The translations under genes were made by a program, and so were the position numbers. A model generated the notes under the pieces. It was not told the origin of the DNA. It ran no database searches and saw nothing but the letters and a program-made list of their open reading frames with translations. A stretch of DNA of 62,775 nucleotides, the filler included, from Klebsormidium nitens (taxonomy: Eukaryota; Plantae; Klebsormidiophyceae), in NCBI GenBank assembly GCA_000708835.1. It is 7 parts of 7 records of this genome, joined end to end, with 100 filler letters (N's around TTAATTAATTAA, not from the genome) between each part and the next. Parts side by side here need not be neighbours in the genome. Positions count along the whole stretch, not along the records: positions 1 to 14,810 come from DF238039.1; positions 14,911 to 32,090 come from DF237970.1; 5 more parts are not named here. The stretch is one strand, 5' to 3'. Below are positions 12,537 to 25,943 of the stretch, in pieces; the stretch's first letter is position 1; each line of letters opens with the position of its first letter.

Positions 12537-12984
12537 TGTTGACATCATACGTTCATGCGTGGAACCTACGAGGGATTCACCCTCACACACAAGCGCCTTC
12601 ACAAAAATAGCGCCCTAGCTCTCAACAAGCATCTCTTAGTATGAATGAGTTGGGTTCTTTACATGTCGTCCAAGTCTTATAGTCTAGCTCCAGCCTAGCA
12701 TTAACCCTAGGTGTTTCAATCGACAAATCGACGGTCCGTAATCGTCTTTGCCTATAAAGAACCCATCGAACGGCTACACCGAAGTACACATCACAAAAGA
12801 ACCCTTTCACAATGGACTAAATCCTGTAAATCTACGCTTCTATGGACGACTCAATCACAAGATATTAGAGCGTACTCAAGACTGGTACCTCCCAAATCTA
12901 GCATATGAAAATAGAGCGGAACTACCCTCTATTTCCGCCTAACTCTATTACAATTTGGCCGTCAAAGAACCCCGTATCTTAACA
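12537..12984. mobile_element. Solo LTR inserted in the Copia protease, with a 5-bp target-site duplication AAGAG
   Basis: AAGAG at 12532-12536, TGTTGA...TTAACA, then AAGAG at 12985-12989. Removing the insert rejoins the protease peptide ITRDK-SLFETLE. Confidence 0.9.
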
Positions 12985-14854
12985 AAGAGCCTATTTGAGA
13001 CCCTCGAGATATTCGGGGGGAGTGGCCGAGAGTTCACGTTCGGTGACAAGGGAACCTTGTGGGCAGAAGGGAGCGCCTCGGTTGAGCTGCTGTGTGCGAC
13101 ACCGACGGGAGATTGTCCGGTGACTGCACGCAAAACGTGATGTAATTCCGAGGGGTTGCGGCAAACCTGATTTTAGTGAGCAAGGCAATCGAGGTCGCGT
13201 TAGTGTTGTTCAAGGAGAACGGCAACTGTGAGCTTGAGGTTGAAGGGGAGGTAGTCCTTAGAGCTCGGACAGTGAAGGGGATCTACGTAGTCTATTGGGC
13301 GGAGAACGCATAGATTTTGAAAGTGGTCCGAGGGGGGCCGCTTTCAGAAAACGAGCGGGGGGGCGCCGCCCCGAGGGAGGACGCGTGCTTCGTCGTGAGA
13401 AAGCCGGAAACGGCCGAGCTCTGGCACCGACGGATGGGGCACGCCGGGTATGAAAACTTGGCAAAGATGGTACAAGACAACCTCGTTGAGGTTGTCGGCG
13501 TGAAACCCGGTGTGTTCAGGGCGCTCAAACTCGGCGTCTGAGCCGTGCATCATGGGGGAGCAAACGCGGCTCCCCTTCTCAAAGTTGGAATTGGTGAGCA
13601 TAGAGCCTCTCGAGCTGGTCCACATGGACGTCTGTGGGCCGATGCCGGTCCCGTCGGTCGAGGGAAACCGGTATTCTTTGACACGTTTTTGGACGACTAC
13701 AGCAAGCTCCCGTTTGTAGTCCCCATAAAGCAAAAGAGCTAGGTGGCCAAGGTCACCGAGCACGTGACTAACCGGTTCGAGTTGCAATCCGATCCGAAGA
13801 AGCTCAGATTGGTGCGGACGGATCGTGGGAAGGAGTACGTCAACAAGGCCCTCAAAGACGTGCAAGGGGACGATGCACGAGTAGGCCGCCCCCTACACGG
13901 CCGAGCAGAACGGGTCGGCAGAGCGGCTCTATCGGCAACTTGAGGAGAAGGTCCGGGCGATGCTCGAAGACTCGGGGCTGCCCAAAGAGATGTGGGCAGG
14001 GGCCGTTGTGACGGCCAACTACACCCGGAACCGGACCCCAGTGAGCGCACATGGGAGGACCCGGTGGGAGGCGCTCTACGGCAAGAAGCCCAACGTGGGG
14101 CACATGCGGGTGTTCTGGGCCCGAGCCGACAGGCACGTTCCGAAGCACAGGCGTCGGAAATTGGATCCAGTAAGCGAGCGGTGTGTGTTCGTGGGGTGTG
14201 AGCCGTCCGGACTCCAAGGCGTACAGAGTGCTCTAGGAGAGCGACGGGAGGATCATGATCTCCCGGGACGTCATCTTTGACGAGGGCGAGGGGTTGTTGA
14301 GCTGTGCTCCGACCCCACGGAGGATTTCCCATAGCCGCCGGCGAGCGCGACACCGCGCCTGCGCCCGCGCCCGCACACGCGCACATGCCCGCGAGCGACC
14401 GCGCGGCCGCGTCGTACGCACGATTTCCAAAACCGACCAAAGTGGGCAAGTTTTGGAAATGATGCGAGAGCGCAGAGCAGAGCCAAAAAGAATGGCGGAG
14501 GACATAAGGATGCCAACACGGGCTGCTCAGAGGTACCCCGCGTGAGACACATGCGCCTGAAGAGTGGCACCGCGCCAACTTGGCGGCGGATACAGAAGCG
14601 GGGGAGCACCCCAAGGAACGGGGTAGCACCCAAAACCGCAGAGTTATCAGGAAGCCGTAGGGGAAGAAGAGAGTGACCTTTGGCATAAGTCCATGGACGA
14701 GGAGATGCGTTTCATATTGGAGAACGGGACGTGGAAGATCGTCGAAAACGGGAAGGGGTCAAGCCGGTTTCCATGTAGTGGGTTTACAAGATCAAGCGGG
14801 ACGCTCACGGNNNNNNNNNNNNNNNNNNNNNNNNNNNNNNNNNNNNNNNNNNNN

Positions 14855-14866
14855 TTAATTAATTAA
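14855..14866. other. Artificial contig-joining linker TTAATTAATTAA (also at 32135, 34510, 47183, 54884 and 59586)
   Basis: The same 12-mer sits in the centre of six 100-nt N-gaps and has stops in all six frames. Confidence 0.95.
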
Positions 14867-14910
14867 NNNNNNNNNNNNNNNNNNNNNNNNNNNNNNNNNN
14901 NNNNNNNNNN

Positions 14911-17900
14911 ACAGCCAGCCCGTCGGAGTGGCCGATGATGCCGTCGTCCGAGTCGTGCGCCCCCAGGTCGTACAGCAATTCACCCCACTCGCACGGCCAG
15001 TGCTCCCACAGCCGCGGGCTCCCACCCCTCGCCGCCTGCTCCAGCTCGATCCCCTCCAGCAATCGCAGCATCGCCCGGTTCTTGTCCCGGACCATCTGGC
15101 GCTGCTCGACCAAGAGGCGGCGTCTGGTGTCTGCAGGCACCGGGCCCTCTCCATCGCCCGGAATGAAGCGGGTCACGAGCAGCACGTCCTCCCTGCCGAG
15201 GGCCTCCTTCAGACCCAGGTACTCGGCCTCGCTCAGTGGCTGGCCCAGCTTCTCGCTCACCGGTCGATGCCTGGAGACGCGTGCTATCAGCTCCCGCAGC
15301 TCGGGTTGCAGTACGAGGCGCCGTTTCATACCGCCACCCTCCAGCCCTGCAGCGCAATAGTCGCGCCCCGCAACCGATTGCTTCTCGAGCGCGGCGCCGT
15401 CTGCAGACCGCCCCGGATGCGTGAACGGCCTGCGGAAGTCGTGCGAGGTCGACCCAAGCCCCCCGGGGCGCTTCCCGCCATCGGAGTTGGCAATCCCCAC
15501 GATCCCATCGCATAGCAAGACCTGTGGGAGCACCATCGAGCAAGTTCATCAGGACTGCTGCGTCAACCGGCAGAAGCAACAGGTAATGTGGATTTATGAA
15601 GGCGTTTGATCCATATATTTGTCTTTTAAGACTTGTTTACAAATCAATCTGATCTGATGCATTTGCTACCATGTCCTTTCAGGACGAAAATGACCCATAA
15701 GGGCTGGTGTTGATTTGTACCGGGTGTCTGATCACTGCTCAAACCACTGGATAATCGGTAGAAGCAACACGTGCAAGGGCTTACGGGTTTCATCGAATGC
15801 ATGCCTTGAGTCGAGCAGCCGCTTTCCAAGCATCCAAGGGCCCTCACCAATTCAACTGCTATGCAGATCCAAGGGAGCTCATTTTCCATCTTCCAATCAA
15901 GATGCTCACCTCCGGGTGCGGACCGCATATGCTGCAGCATTCCAGGAGCTGCCGGCCAACCAGCCGGAAGAAATCGAGGCTCGCCTTCCGCCACGTCTCT
16001 TCTGACAGGACGGCGCACTCTGGTGCCCTCCAGAGGGCCTCCTGCTGCCCCTCCAGCAGCGCCCCAAAGCCCGACTGCCCCCGCTGCATCTGCTTGAGCA
16101 GCAGCTACAGGCTCTCCTGTACAACAATTGTCTGGCGGCTCCAGACATAGAGGCCCAAGTGCTCCCCGTCGAAATGGATGGTGTGCTTCCTCGGGCATTT
16201 GCAGGAGTAGTTTCTGGTGCGCACGGCCTGGCTCCAAGTGGAAGCATGCACAACCGCGTCCTGCCACAGCCCCGCCCACTCTCCACCGCACAGAGGGGGT
16301 TCGAGAGGGCACGGCGCGCTCAGCATCCCAAGGTCGCCCAGCTCATGGAAGTCCCGCCCCACCAGCTTGCTGACTCTGATCGGTCCGCACCTCAGCCGCA
16401 TCACCCACGGGTCGTGAAAGTCCGGGGCGTCGCTCAGCTGGCTCAGCTTCGGCTGCGTCACCTGGACGGCCTGCGTCTCCTGAAGCATGACCGGCGCCCT
16501 TCCCTTGCCCTCATGCTGGCATCCCCGCTGGGCACCCTCCAGCGTGCAGTTGCCGCAGGAGGAAACCCAGCATCGGATCGCTTCCTTGCCTAGCGCCTCC
16601 ATGGGTGGCTCCCGGACACTCTGGGGCGCCACGATCAAAGGAGCCCCGCCCGCGTGACTCCTATACCACTGCTTGCTCCTGCGCGCCCCCGTCCATGGCT
16701 CGCTCACGCTCAGCCCCTGAGGCGCTGATGCGGTCGGCTCAGCTACTCCGAACAATTGCTGGTGCTCTCGGCAGAAGCAGTCCGCACCAGCGCATCCGGC
16801 CGGCTCATGGCGCTGTCCTGATATGAGGCCCATCAGGTGCGCCTCCTCCTCGCTGGCCCCTTCGGAACTCGAGCGCGACTCGCTCCCCCCCTCACCCCTG
16901 CCAAGCGCTCCGTCCCATCGTTCCAGCCACTGCCTCGCCGTACTTAGGGCATCCTGCCCAAGAAGTAGCCCCTGTGCAAAATGGACCTGCCCCGCTCGGA
17001 CGGCCAAGTTCGCAGCGAGAATGTGGCTACAGTCGTGCTGCGACGGACAGCCGTCCCTCTTTCCCTGGCAGTACCAGTCGCCATCAACGCTCCGATGCAG
17101 CATCTTGTGCGCTGGGCTGACCCCCTTAGGGCTGCTTCTCACGGCAAAGAAGCGCCCCGTAGAGTCCGTACCCACCTGCTCGACCAGCCCCGCTCCCCGT
17201 CCCAACTCTCTGGCAGTGGGAAGGTCCCCTTGCTGCAACCCCGTAGAGCGGAGGGCCGCGAGCACCAGCTTATGGACGCAAGGAGCGTCCCTGGCCAGCC
17301 GGCCACGATCGCACGAGCAGTTCGAGTATCCCTGGCTATCCCACCAGCACTCCTCCAGCAGCGCCTTTTCCTTGCTGGGCTTGCCGAGAGCTTTTGGCCT
17401 CGCTCGGTTGTGATCCCAATGCGTCATGTAGAGCCGCAGGGGGCCGGGCGCACATGCGTCTACTCCAGCCGGTACGACTATGCGGCACGTGCCCTCCAGG
17501 ACGCCGCTCAGGAAGAGGCCAGCTTGGGCCGGGATGCCGAGGCGCTCCTCAGGCTGCAGGTGCCAACTAGATCTTTCAGGCAAACTTCCTGACCGCTCTC
17601 GGAAAACAACCTCACGCCTTGCTCACAGTCGGAACTGAACGAGCAGCTCAAGATCGCATCCGGGATTTTGCGCATTATCCCGCCTTTCAAGTGGCGGGCC
17701 ATGAGAAATTCCATGAACAGCATGTAGTCGGTCCTTGTGCTCCCCCTCTTAGCGTGGGCACAGGCAAGACAGTGTGTCCATCGAAATCTCAGGGGGCGTG
17801 CGCAATCGCTTGTAGACGCTTGCTGCATTGTAAATCATCATAGGTTCTATTAAGAAAATATATGCACTCACCAGCATCTCGCGCGCGCGGCTGCCGGCTT

Positions 17901-18400
17901 GCATGCCCCTGTTCAATGCGCTCTCAGCTGCCGCCTTTTTTGGCTAAGTTCTTCCTGCTTACGGTGCTCTCGTTTGAGATCACAACAGCCTCAAGCAGCT
18001 CGTTCGTGAGCTCCAGTTTTTGCCTCCAGCTCCCTGAGGCCTGGCGCTCGAACAACAGCGCATCGTGCTTGCACAGGCTCACGCTCTCTGCATCGGCGCT
18101 GACCTTCAAATCCCCCATCAGCTTGCCCACGCATCCTAGGCAAAGGATCTGCCTCCTCTGCTTGTTTTTGGGCACGCCGCAGCTGACCAAGTAGCCCTTC
18201 ATCGCGCACCTGCGGAAGCTCAGCCTCAAGCTCCCATCCGTACCGCCTGTGCCCTTCCAAACCTGCTGCCTGCAGGTGATGCACCTGCCAGAAATCTGCC
18301 CTATCTCCGCCGGTCGGACGCTATCCTCGCCTACGTAGTAAAGGCCGCGTCCGATCTGAGCTAAATCCGAAGCCAAGTAGTGCTCAGTGGGGGCTGCCAT
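14911..18400 (-). mobile_element. Spliced KDZ (Kyakuja-Dileera-Zisupton)-type transposase gene with SWIM and Cys-cluster domains; has lesions and runs into a gap
   Basis: Exons 18400-17872, 17822-17616, 17553-15910 and 15521 to beyond 14911, with phase-compatible GT-AG introns. SWIM-like CSC..CVH and C..C..CSH motifs. Splicing creates CSICGPHPE-VLLCDG. There is a frameshift in an A-run near 17940 and a TAG at 16105-16107. Confidence 0.7.
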
Positions 18401-19204
18401 GGTCGAAAACCCCCCAGCATGCACCAACATGCACAAAGGCTGTCCCTTGTGAACCAACTGGGAGCTCGACTGACACTGCCTACCTCCGACCATCTTTGTT
18501 CATCCTTCCGGCCTCTCTCTCTCCCTAAGTATGTCTCGCCTCTAGACTGGACTGCTGCCCGGGACGGCGGCCCGCCGGAAGGCTCGAAATTCGATGATAA
18601 CCGCTTCGAAGAGCTCCGGCGGGCCGCCGAGTTCGCTGCAGGGGGGCTGCTGGCGAAATCCTCTTCGGTACCGTTATCAGTCAGGTGACGCTATGCCAAA
18701 ACTCGAGTTTTCAGGACCGTCCGATCGATCGCGAGAACTTAGGGATTGGTAGGACGCATCCCGGCCGTCCGATAAGGCCGACCTTCATTTGGTTGCCCCT
18801 ACAGATATCAACACGGGCTGGTCGAACAAAACGTTAAACTCGGCCGGCTGCCGTTTCAGTGCGTCCTAAAATTAATAAACGTTCTAATATTTAGTGCCGG
18901 TCAAACTACCGGCAGGCTACCGTCTCTGCTTGCTTGCATCTACGAGAATGCGCTACCTATTTAGCCAACCAGCAGGCCTGCGCACAAATTATGACATGAA
19001 CGGGCCGCTGTGCAGCATGGGTCACTTCAACCTGCTTGAACTGGTCACAATTCTGGGAAACGCTCTTGTTTCAAAGTTCAACATCAGGGAGGGGCCCTGC
19101 CTCCAGCCCTGCCTCCTGTGCCCCTGTCCAGCTCATTCGAGGCAGCCCTTTTGCAGAAAAGTCCCCCCAAGAGATGCTGTGTTGCAAGGCCTTGACGTCA
19201 AACA

Positions 19205-22086
19205 ATGAACGGAGACAGGGCGGAGCGCCCTGAGCGAGATGCACTTTTGGAGGGGGCGGACATGCACATGGAAAGGAACAAAGCGCTGGGAGATCTGCCA
19301 ATGTACAGGCAAAGCAGCACGGCATCCGCTGTGGCACAAGGCCAACAGGTAATCTAGAGAACTTGCTAGCTTTGTGCTGCAAACACTTCGCGGTGCTGCA
19401 AACCCTTCGCGTCATTGAGGAGAGGCCAACTTGTGAAGAGAAGTCTGCTTTGATATTGCGGCGGCACCAGATAATATGTCCTTGGAATCTTAAAGATGGT
19501 CATTTCAAGGTATATGTGTTGAAAGCAGGGTGGCCGTAATGATCAGAAGAGTTCTTTGGAGATTTTGTGGAACTTTTTAGCGTGAGTGTAAGGGTCAAGA
19601 AACAAGGACTGCAAGCACTATGCCTGCTTGTGTCTTGGCAACATTGCAGTTTTCTGTCAACTCTGGCAAGCAAATTTTTGTACAACTATCATTATGCATT
19701 TTGGCCTTGATTACGTACATTTGTACGTAGGATGCTGCCAAATGGTGACATCTCCACAGCATTGTGTGAGGTTGCCAGCTACAGTGATGTTACTCATTGA
19801 TATCACCAGTGCACCATGATTGAGATTTTCGACCTCACTTTGTAGCAGAGAATGAGTAGCATTGTTTTGCTTTGGTCACCCCTCTCGGGGGGGGAATTCG
19901 TGGAATTTGTGGACCTCTTGAAGCCCAAGGAACTGCAACTTTCACATATTCTGGTCTTTGCTCCCGTCTTGTATCTCGATCTCTTCGCGCTCACTCGCCT
20001 TGCTCCTGTGCAATCTTGTGCAGGCTTGCCTCTCTCTGATAACTTCCTGGACCAGCAAGAAGTTTCTCAATGGCTGGTGAGTGCACGCCGGTGTTTCGTG
20101 GTCCGTTGTTGCTGCTTGGTTCTGTTAACTCGGTCCGCCGGCCTTTGAGTGAAAATGGGCCATGCTAACTGAATGTCGGCACGCTGCTGTCGTGCACACC
20201 TCTTGCTCCTTACCTGCACAACGGTTGCTAGTTTTCTGTTTGGTCGTAAATAGATAATCAGGAGTTTCAAATGCCCCTCCAACCCCTCTTTGATCCATGG
20301 GCCTGTGAACGGTTTCCACTTTGTCTCTGTCCAGTTGCTCACTCCTTTTTGCTATGCAGTGTCATCCTATTCCCCATGGTGGTCACATTCTACATTGCGT
20401 GGTGGTTCCTCAACTTCTTCGACGGGTTCTTCTCTCCCCTCTATGAGGCCACCATCGGCTTCCATGTCTTTGGTAAGACCTCCTAGATTGATTTGCAGAA
20501 AAAGGGGTCACATAGACGAGCGCCCTCGTTCTGCTCAGAACTTGCACTAAGATCCTCGACTTTAAAGAACCTATTTCAGTGATATTTTTCGTGACTAGTA
20601 GAGTGCTTGGAGAAGAAGTCATATGCAATCATCTGCCAAAGTGCGCTACCTCCTTTTGTTTTGAAGAATATGGAAGCGTGTGGCCACAGGAGATTCAATC
20701 ATCGAATTGTGTAAGCCTAACCAAGCTTGGCATGCGCAGGCCTGGGTTTCGTGACCTCGATGGTTTTCATCTTCCTGGTGGGAGTTATCGTATCGAGCTG
20801 GATCGGGGCGTCTATTCTGTGGGTGGGCGAGTGGTTCATCCGCAGGATGCCGCTCATCAAGCACATCTACTCTGCTTCGAAGCAGATCAGCCAGGCCATC
20901 TCGCCAGGTAAACCATTGCTCCGGCCATCAGGGACGGAAGATAGAATTTCTAGTGCTCGTTGAAAATCCCCTCAAAGAGCCAAGATGAGTCTCTTTGGTG
21001 CGATTGGTGGAAGCTGTTTCGCTCTTCAGAGACTGCCGTTCTGTCTGCACCTTGATGATTGAATAATGTGTGGTCAGCCTTTTGTCAATTCACAGCTGAT
21101 AGTCACCTTGCAGATACAGAAATTTTGAACTATTTGTCTGGAAAGAATGGTCTCGTCCATTCGTTGCATTTGATGTTTGTTGTAAATCTGTTGAAGAAAC
21201 TTCATTTCTGGTTTTGCAGAAAACTCAACGGCTGCATTCAAGGAGGTGGCCATCATTCGGCATCCACGCGTGGGGGAGTACGCTTTCGCTTTCATCACTT
21301 CTACGGTCACCTTACAGGTCGGTGTTTCGTCCTGACCCAATGTAGCAGTCCATTGTCATCAATTGCCTCTGTCTGAAGCGTGGAGGTCATATGCTTACTG
21401 TCTGAAGCGTGGAGGTCATATGCTTGCTGTAAGTTCTGACGGTTGCACAAGCCCTTTATAATCAATCTCAATGGAATGTACCAAAGGGTTGGGGTTATGA
21501 GGCTGCAGCTGGCTGCAGTTTATATGCCCATCATTGTTGCTTGCTCACATTGGACTGCACTATTGGTAGTGCCAAAAACGTCCTGAGGTTTTCTGGTCCA
21601 CAACCAAAGTGATTTCTCCTGAACTGCAGACCCCTGACGGCGAGGAGGAGTTGTATACAGTATATGTCCCCACCAATCACCTGTACATAGGCGACATCTT
21701 CCTCATACGATCTGCGGACATCATCCGACCGAATCTGTCAGTACGGGAGGGCATAGGTATGAGCAGGCCGGTTGTTTGCCCCTTCGACTCAGATTGCATC
21801 GTTGACTTTGAGATCTTCTTCCAAGTCGGACGCACTTGGTCCCACTCGACCATAATGACCCACTACTTTACGATCTGTCGTTCTGTGAAAGCTTTAGGCT
21901 GGACTTTTGTACTGTGGCATTGTGTCGTTGGCAGCCACCTCCGAAAAGGTCATCGTGTTTCGAGCCTTGGCGCCAACTAAAATATGATGATTGGAAGATC
22001 TGAATGTTTTCACTATTTTGCGTGCAGAGATCGTCGTGTCTGGAGGCATGGCGGTCCCGTCGCTAATCACACCGATCGAACCATAG
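19205..22086 (+). CDS. COV1: COV1/LCV-like (DUF502) membrane protein, multi-exon
   Basis: Spliced peptides SWTSKKFLNGC-VILFPMVVTFY, GLGFVTS, MPLIKHIYSASKQIS, FKEVAIIRHPRVGEY, VYVPTNHLYIGD and IVVSGGM. Exon 1 (19205-19348) is assigned on splice phase only. Confidence 0.9.
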
Positions 22087-23251
22087 TCACCTTTCCGGAG
22101 ACTGGTGCCAAGCGGGCGCTTCTAGTTCTCCTCACAAAGACGGGTCCAAGAACTCCTGCGGGCTTTCTTATCTGCGTTGAGCCTGATACAAGTCTGGTTC
22201 CGTAATCTTTTGAAGTATATAGATTGGTGACGATCGCACTCTGTAAGTACTGGGACGCCTCTTCTGTGGTTGCGAGGATCCACGAAAGCGACTCGGGCTA
22301 GCTTTCGAAACCCTGGAACTTGTCTGCTGAACCGTTGAGGGCGGCTAACTTAACATGCAACATAGTCTACCGCATGTGCCAAGCGGTTGCCTAATCGTCG
22401 CACCGGCCAGCCGCCTAGGCGGCAGCATTGAATTTCGGATCGAGGGCGTGGCAGTTGATTCGCTTTGGACGATTTAGCCGTCTATCTACGTCTAAGCATG
22501 GACTCAACTGCAGTGACCGCCCGCGTGACAATATGATGGACAGCGCCTGCCACGTGAAAGCTACTGCACGACGATTCAATGCCACATGCTAGCTGGGGCG
22601 TCTCAGGTTTGTGGAGCTCCGTATGCTCTGTTCATGCATGTTATGGACCTGCAACATGCAGATCGGACCGATTGAAGATCAGTTGATTAAGTTCATGTAG
22701 CCCATGCATCCGGTCCGATGCACGACGATGCCATTCTTCATAATTTTGACGGATTTGGTCGCTCAGCCTCATACGGATCGGTGCATGAATCATGCAGTCA
22801 CTGTCTTCATGGTAGTTTACTGCACATATGTTGTGTGCATGCGAAAGCGGCCCGGCAGGTATCTACTAGTATATATCCGGCCGTGCATGCCGCATGGCCG
22901 GCCGCCTTCAAAGCCTGACCATCGTGCAGGTCCACTCCCTTACACTGTTCGAAGTGTCCAAGAGATTCGAAGTTCAACCGGGCCGCGCCCGGAAGGACCC
23001 CTATGGCTTCGTTAGGAAGTCGGCCCTCATGGAAACGAGCTATGCGTTCATGTACGTACGTGGATTCGTGGAGTGACCCCAGGTGCAAACGAACTCGAGC
23101 TCATCAACGAGAAGGATTTTTTGAGAAGGCATCCGCTGCAAAAAAACAATCTCCGCCCCGACGTTGTCGTAGGTGATCAATGGCTATAAGCTCTGAGCTT
23201 GTCGCTGTCAAGCTCCGGGCGCAGGTTTGTTCTTCTGCCCTGCTTTCAAGC

Positions 23252-25543
23252 CTACTTCAAAGTCTGAAATGCCAGATTCGCATCCCGGAGGATGCCACTC
23301 GTAGTCACAAAAGCTGTACCTTGTAAGCGTACCCGGCGCGCATCTGAATCCACAATGACTTTCAGATGGCCTCCTCGTCGAGAGGCCTGCAAATGAGCAA
23401 CAGCAACAATTCAGGTGTGCAGCCAGTACGCAGCAGAGCAAAGGCAGGCGTAGACCATTGCCTTGTGGTCACAAGACCGTGTGTACACCTGGTTGATGTA
23501 CGATAGAAGCTCCTGCGTTTCTCAGATACACCCAGGACATTGAGGAAGATTCCATAGAATTAAGGCTAATCAGAAGCCGGTCTATGCTGTACTGACTGCT
23601 GCTTCGTTACTCGCTCCAGTACATGATCACTAAGAGGCCAAAAGCAACAAGTCAGAGTGACAAGAAAGCCAGGCGGCCACTGCCAACATCCAGAAGAGGT
23701 ATGCACAATGCACGAAAGCTTACCTGATAAGCCAAGAGCTCGACCTTTCCCATTTTTTCAGCCCAGTATGGTCCCAGTGTACAGTGGGCGCTGCCAGTCA
23801 CTGGGTCCTCGTCAATACCGCTTGCCGGTGCAAAGAATCGAGAGACAAAGTCCACTTGTCTCCCGTCAATTGGGGCTGTCCCTGCTGCGGCTGTCACAAT
23901 GACACCACGGCCACTGACTGCCGCCAGGCTGCGAAAGTCTGGTGTGATCCTCCTTACGCTGTCCACGTCCGTCAGCTCGACCTGAACGAAGAAGAGACGT
24001 CTGAAGGGCAAAAGAAAACAAGCCTGCGGCAACGCTCAAGAGAGATAGTGCTGGCTGGAGATTGCCAGCAGCTGTGTCCTTTCCCGGCTGCTACAAAGAC
24101 AGTCAAGCATAAAACGTCACCTGAAATGTCGTGAAGACAACGTTTCGTTCCGTACGATAGAGAGCGGCCTGTTTCAGCCCTCGAGTCAACGCAGAGGTCG
24201 CGGTGACTCAAAGGCCCTCACCAGGACATCAAAGCGGCTGCGCATGACCGCGATGATCGCCGAGGTTTCCAACGCATCTGCCACCTTGTCTTGCAAATCG
24301 GGGCAGGGTTCCGGGGCCACCGTAGGAAAGTCCAGTTCAATTGGTCCTACTTGTAGGTCTCCACTGCTTGAAGGAGAGGGGGAGTCAGAGTTCACGCGCC
24401 GAGCAGTCAGCACACCGCTGGCGGTGTGGAACCTGATGAGAGATGCTTGTGATGTGCGGCTGGCCCAGAGGAAGTGGGCGGAGGCGAGAGTGGCATGGCC
24501 GCAGAGGTCAACCTGGACACACGAGAGAAATTACTCACAGGGGGCCACTCAGCAAAGTGCTGCATCAAATCATTTGTTGGAGGATCAGAAACAACTGTGG
24601 CTAAATGCTATGGGGCAACCAAACCAAAACTTGGAAAATGTTGGCACAAGGGCCACTGAGCATTGTGCTGCATCATATCTTTTCTCAGAAGATCCAAAAC
24701 AGCTGTAGCTGGATAATATGGGCCGAATAACCTGAAACTTTTGAAAATAGGCACCAGTGAAAGTATAGATCAGAATCATTGACGAGGGTCCAAAGTGGCA
24801 GAACGCTGTTGATGGGCTGAAACAGTCAAGAGCTGGTAAGCTAGCGCATACCTCCACAGTTGGGGTGAACCACCGCAGGTCAAAGTCAGCTGACTCCTTC
24901 TCTGACGCCGGCGTGCTTGCTGAATCTTGTGACACGCTGGCAGCTACAGCCCCTCCGCTCTTGACATCGCGCTTTACTAAAAAGGCTGTTTCAGAGAGGT
25001 TGAACTCGTTTGCCACAAGCTGCAGCCATGCTGTATCTTCGGGCCAGCAGGGCAGCTGGAGTACAGCGGCCGGATTGCCCGCAAAGGGGCGGTCAGTGAA
25101 AGCATCAATCTGCAATGGCCACCAACAAGGAGCGGAGTTTTTCGGTTTCTGGACGTTTATACGAAGTGAGTCTAAGCCCACAATCACAGAGCTTGTCAGC
25201 AGCAGTTCAAGGGGTTGGGGGAGTAACCTCAAGTTCGCAGTCATGTATGTCCACTCATGCCCCTAACTTTCAAAGTAAGGTACAAACTGCACCATTGACT
25301 ATCCAATGCTGTCTGAAGGAGTGTCACTGGCCTGAACTGAAGCATTGCACTGAGGATACAGCAATAAAGTTCCAACCTGAGTGCTATAGACGGGCTGCTC
25401 ACAAGCAACATCTCGTTGTCTTCCCAATTTCGCAAGAATGATCAACTTACCACCATGTACTCCAGCCGCCCAAAAGGATCATGCCCTGATTTGTGATGTG
25501 AGGCATCATCAAATGCATTTGCATCTTTCTGAGCAGTCGCCAT
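23252..25543 (-). CDS. PhzF/phenazine-biosynthesis-like (PBLD) isomerase, multi-exon
   Basis: IDAFTDRPFAGNPAAV, EFNLSETAF, LRWFTPTVE, SRFFAPASGIDEDPVTGSAHC and ASRRGGHL. The start codon is inferred. Confidence 0.9.
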
Positions 25544-25943
25544 TGTGCATTGTACATCTGCTGGATGTGGTTGCTGAGCTTCTCCACTCTCGTCGCAGCA
25601 AGCAGGCAGTGCTGGCTGGCCGGTGTCACACCATTAGGGTTTGAAGGACCCGCTGATGGCGTCGAACGTCTTGCATGAGATTGAAACGAAACACGCGTCC
25701 TTTTCCAGGTTCGAAAACTCGTGAGCTAAATATCCTGCGAGTCCGGGTTGCATCAAAACTTGTTTAGCGTACCGAATCGGACTTCGACATTCCGTTCGAC
25801 GACGATAACATTTCGAAAGCTGGAGAAACACAAAAGCATTTTGCCTTCCTTCCTCGGCCCTTCTTTCTACAACGCTAGCAGCTTAAACTGCTTCGGTCAG
25901 GGCGCCCCTGCACCGTCGCTGCTGCTTATAACACAACGCCATC

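Larger units (their letters stand above)
10976..14810 (+). mobile_element. Ty1/Copia element (5' LTR 10976-11332, PBS, gag, protease, integrase, RT start), degenerate, runs into a gap
   Basis: LTR runs TGTTG..CAACA. PBS is GGTTATGGGCCC. Gag from 11699, protease WLVDAGSSQHIT, LWHRRMGH pre-integrase motif, integrase (LELVHMDVCGP, VRTDRGKEY, YTRNRTP) and RT start are all recognisable. Confidence 0.92.

Noticed and set aside
13739-14686. 315-aa minus-strand ORF and other long GC-rich antisense ORFs
   Set aside because: They are shadows of GC-rich Copia, KDZ or helicase coding sequence and carry no motifs.
14811-14910. TTAATTAATTAA palindrome recurring six times
   Set aside because: It is always centred in 100-nt N-gaps, so it is an assembly linker. 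Adjacency across these gaps, including between the two virus-like loci, is unverified.
21370-21510. 29-bp tandem duplication in a COV1 intron, and AAGGGTTGGGGTTAT similar to the reverse strand near 49790-49812
   Set aside because: A local slippage event and a short low-complexity match are too little to define an element.
22200-23100. Intergenic stretch rich in CATG/GCATGC and short ORFs
   Set aside because: I found no termini, repeats or recognisable peptide.
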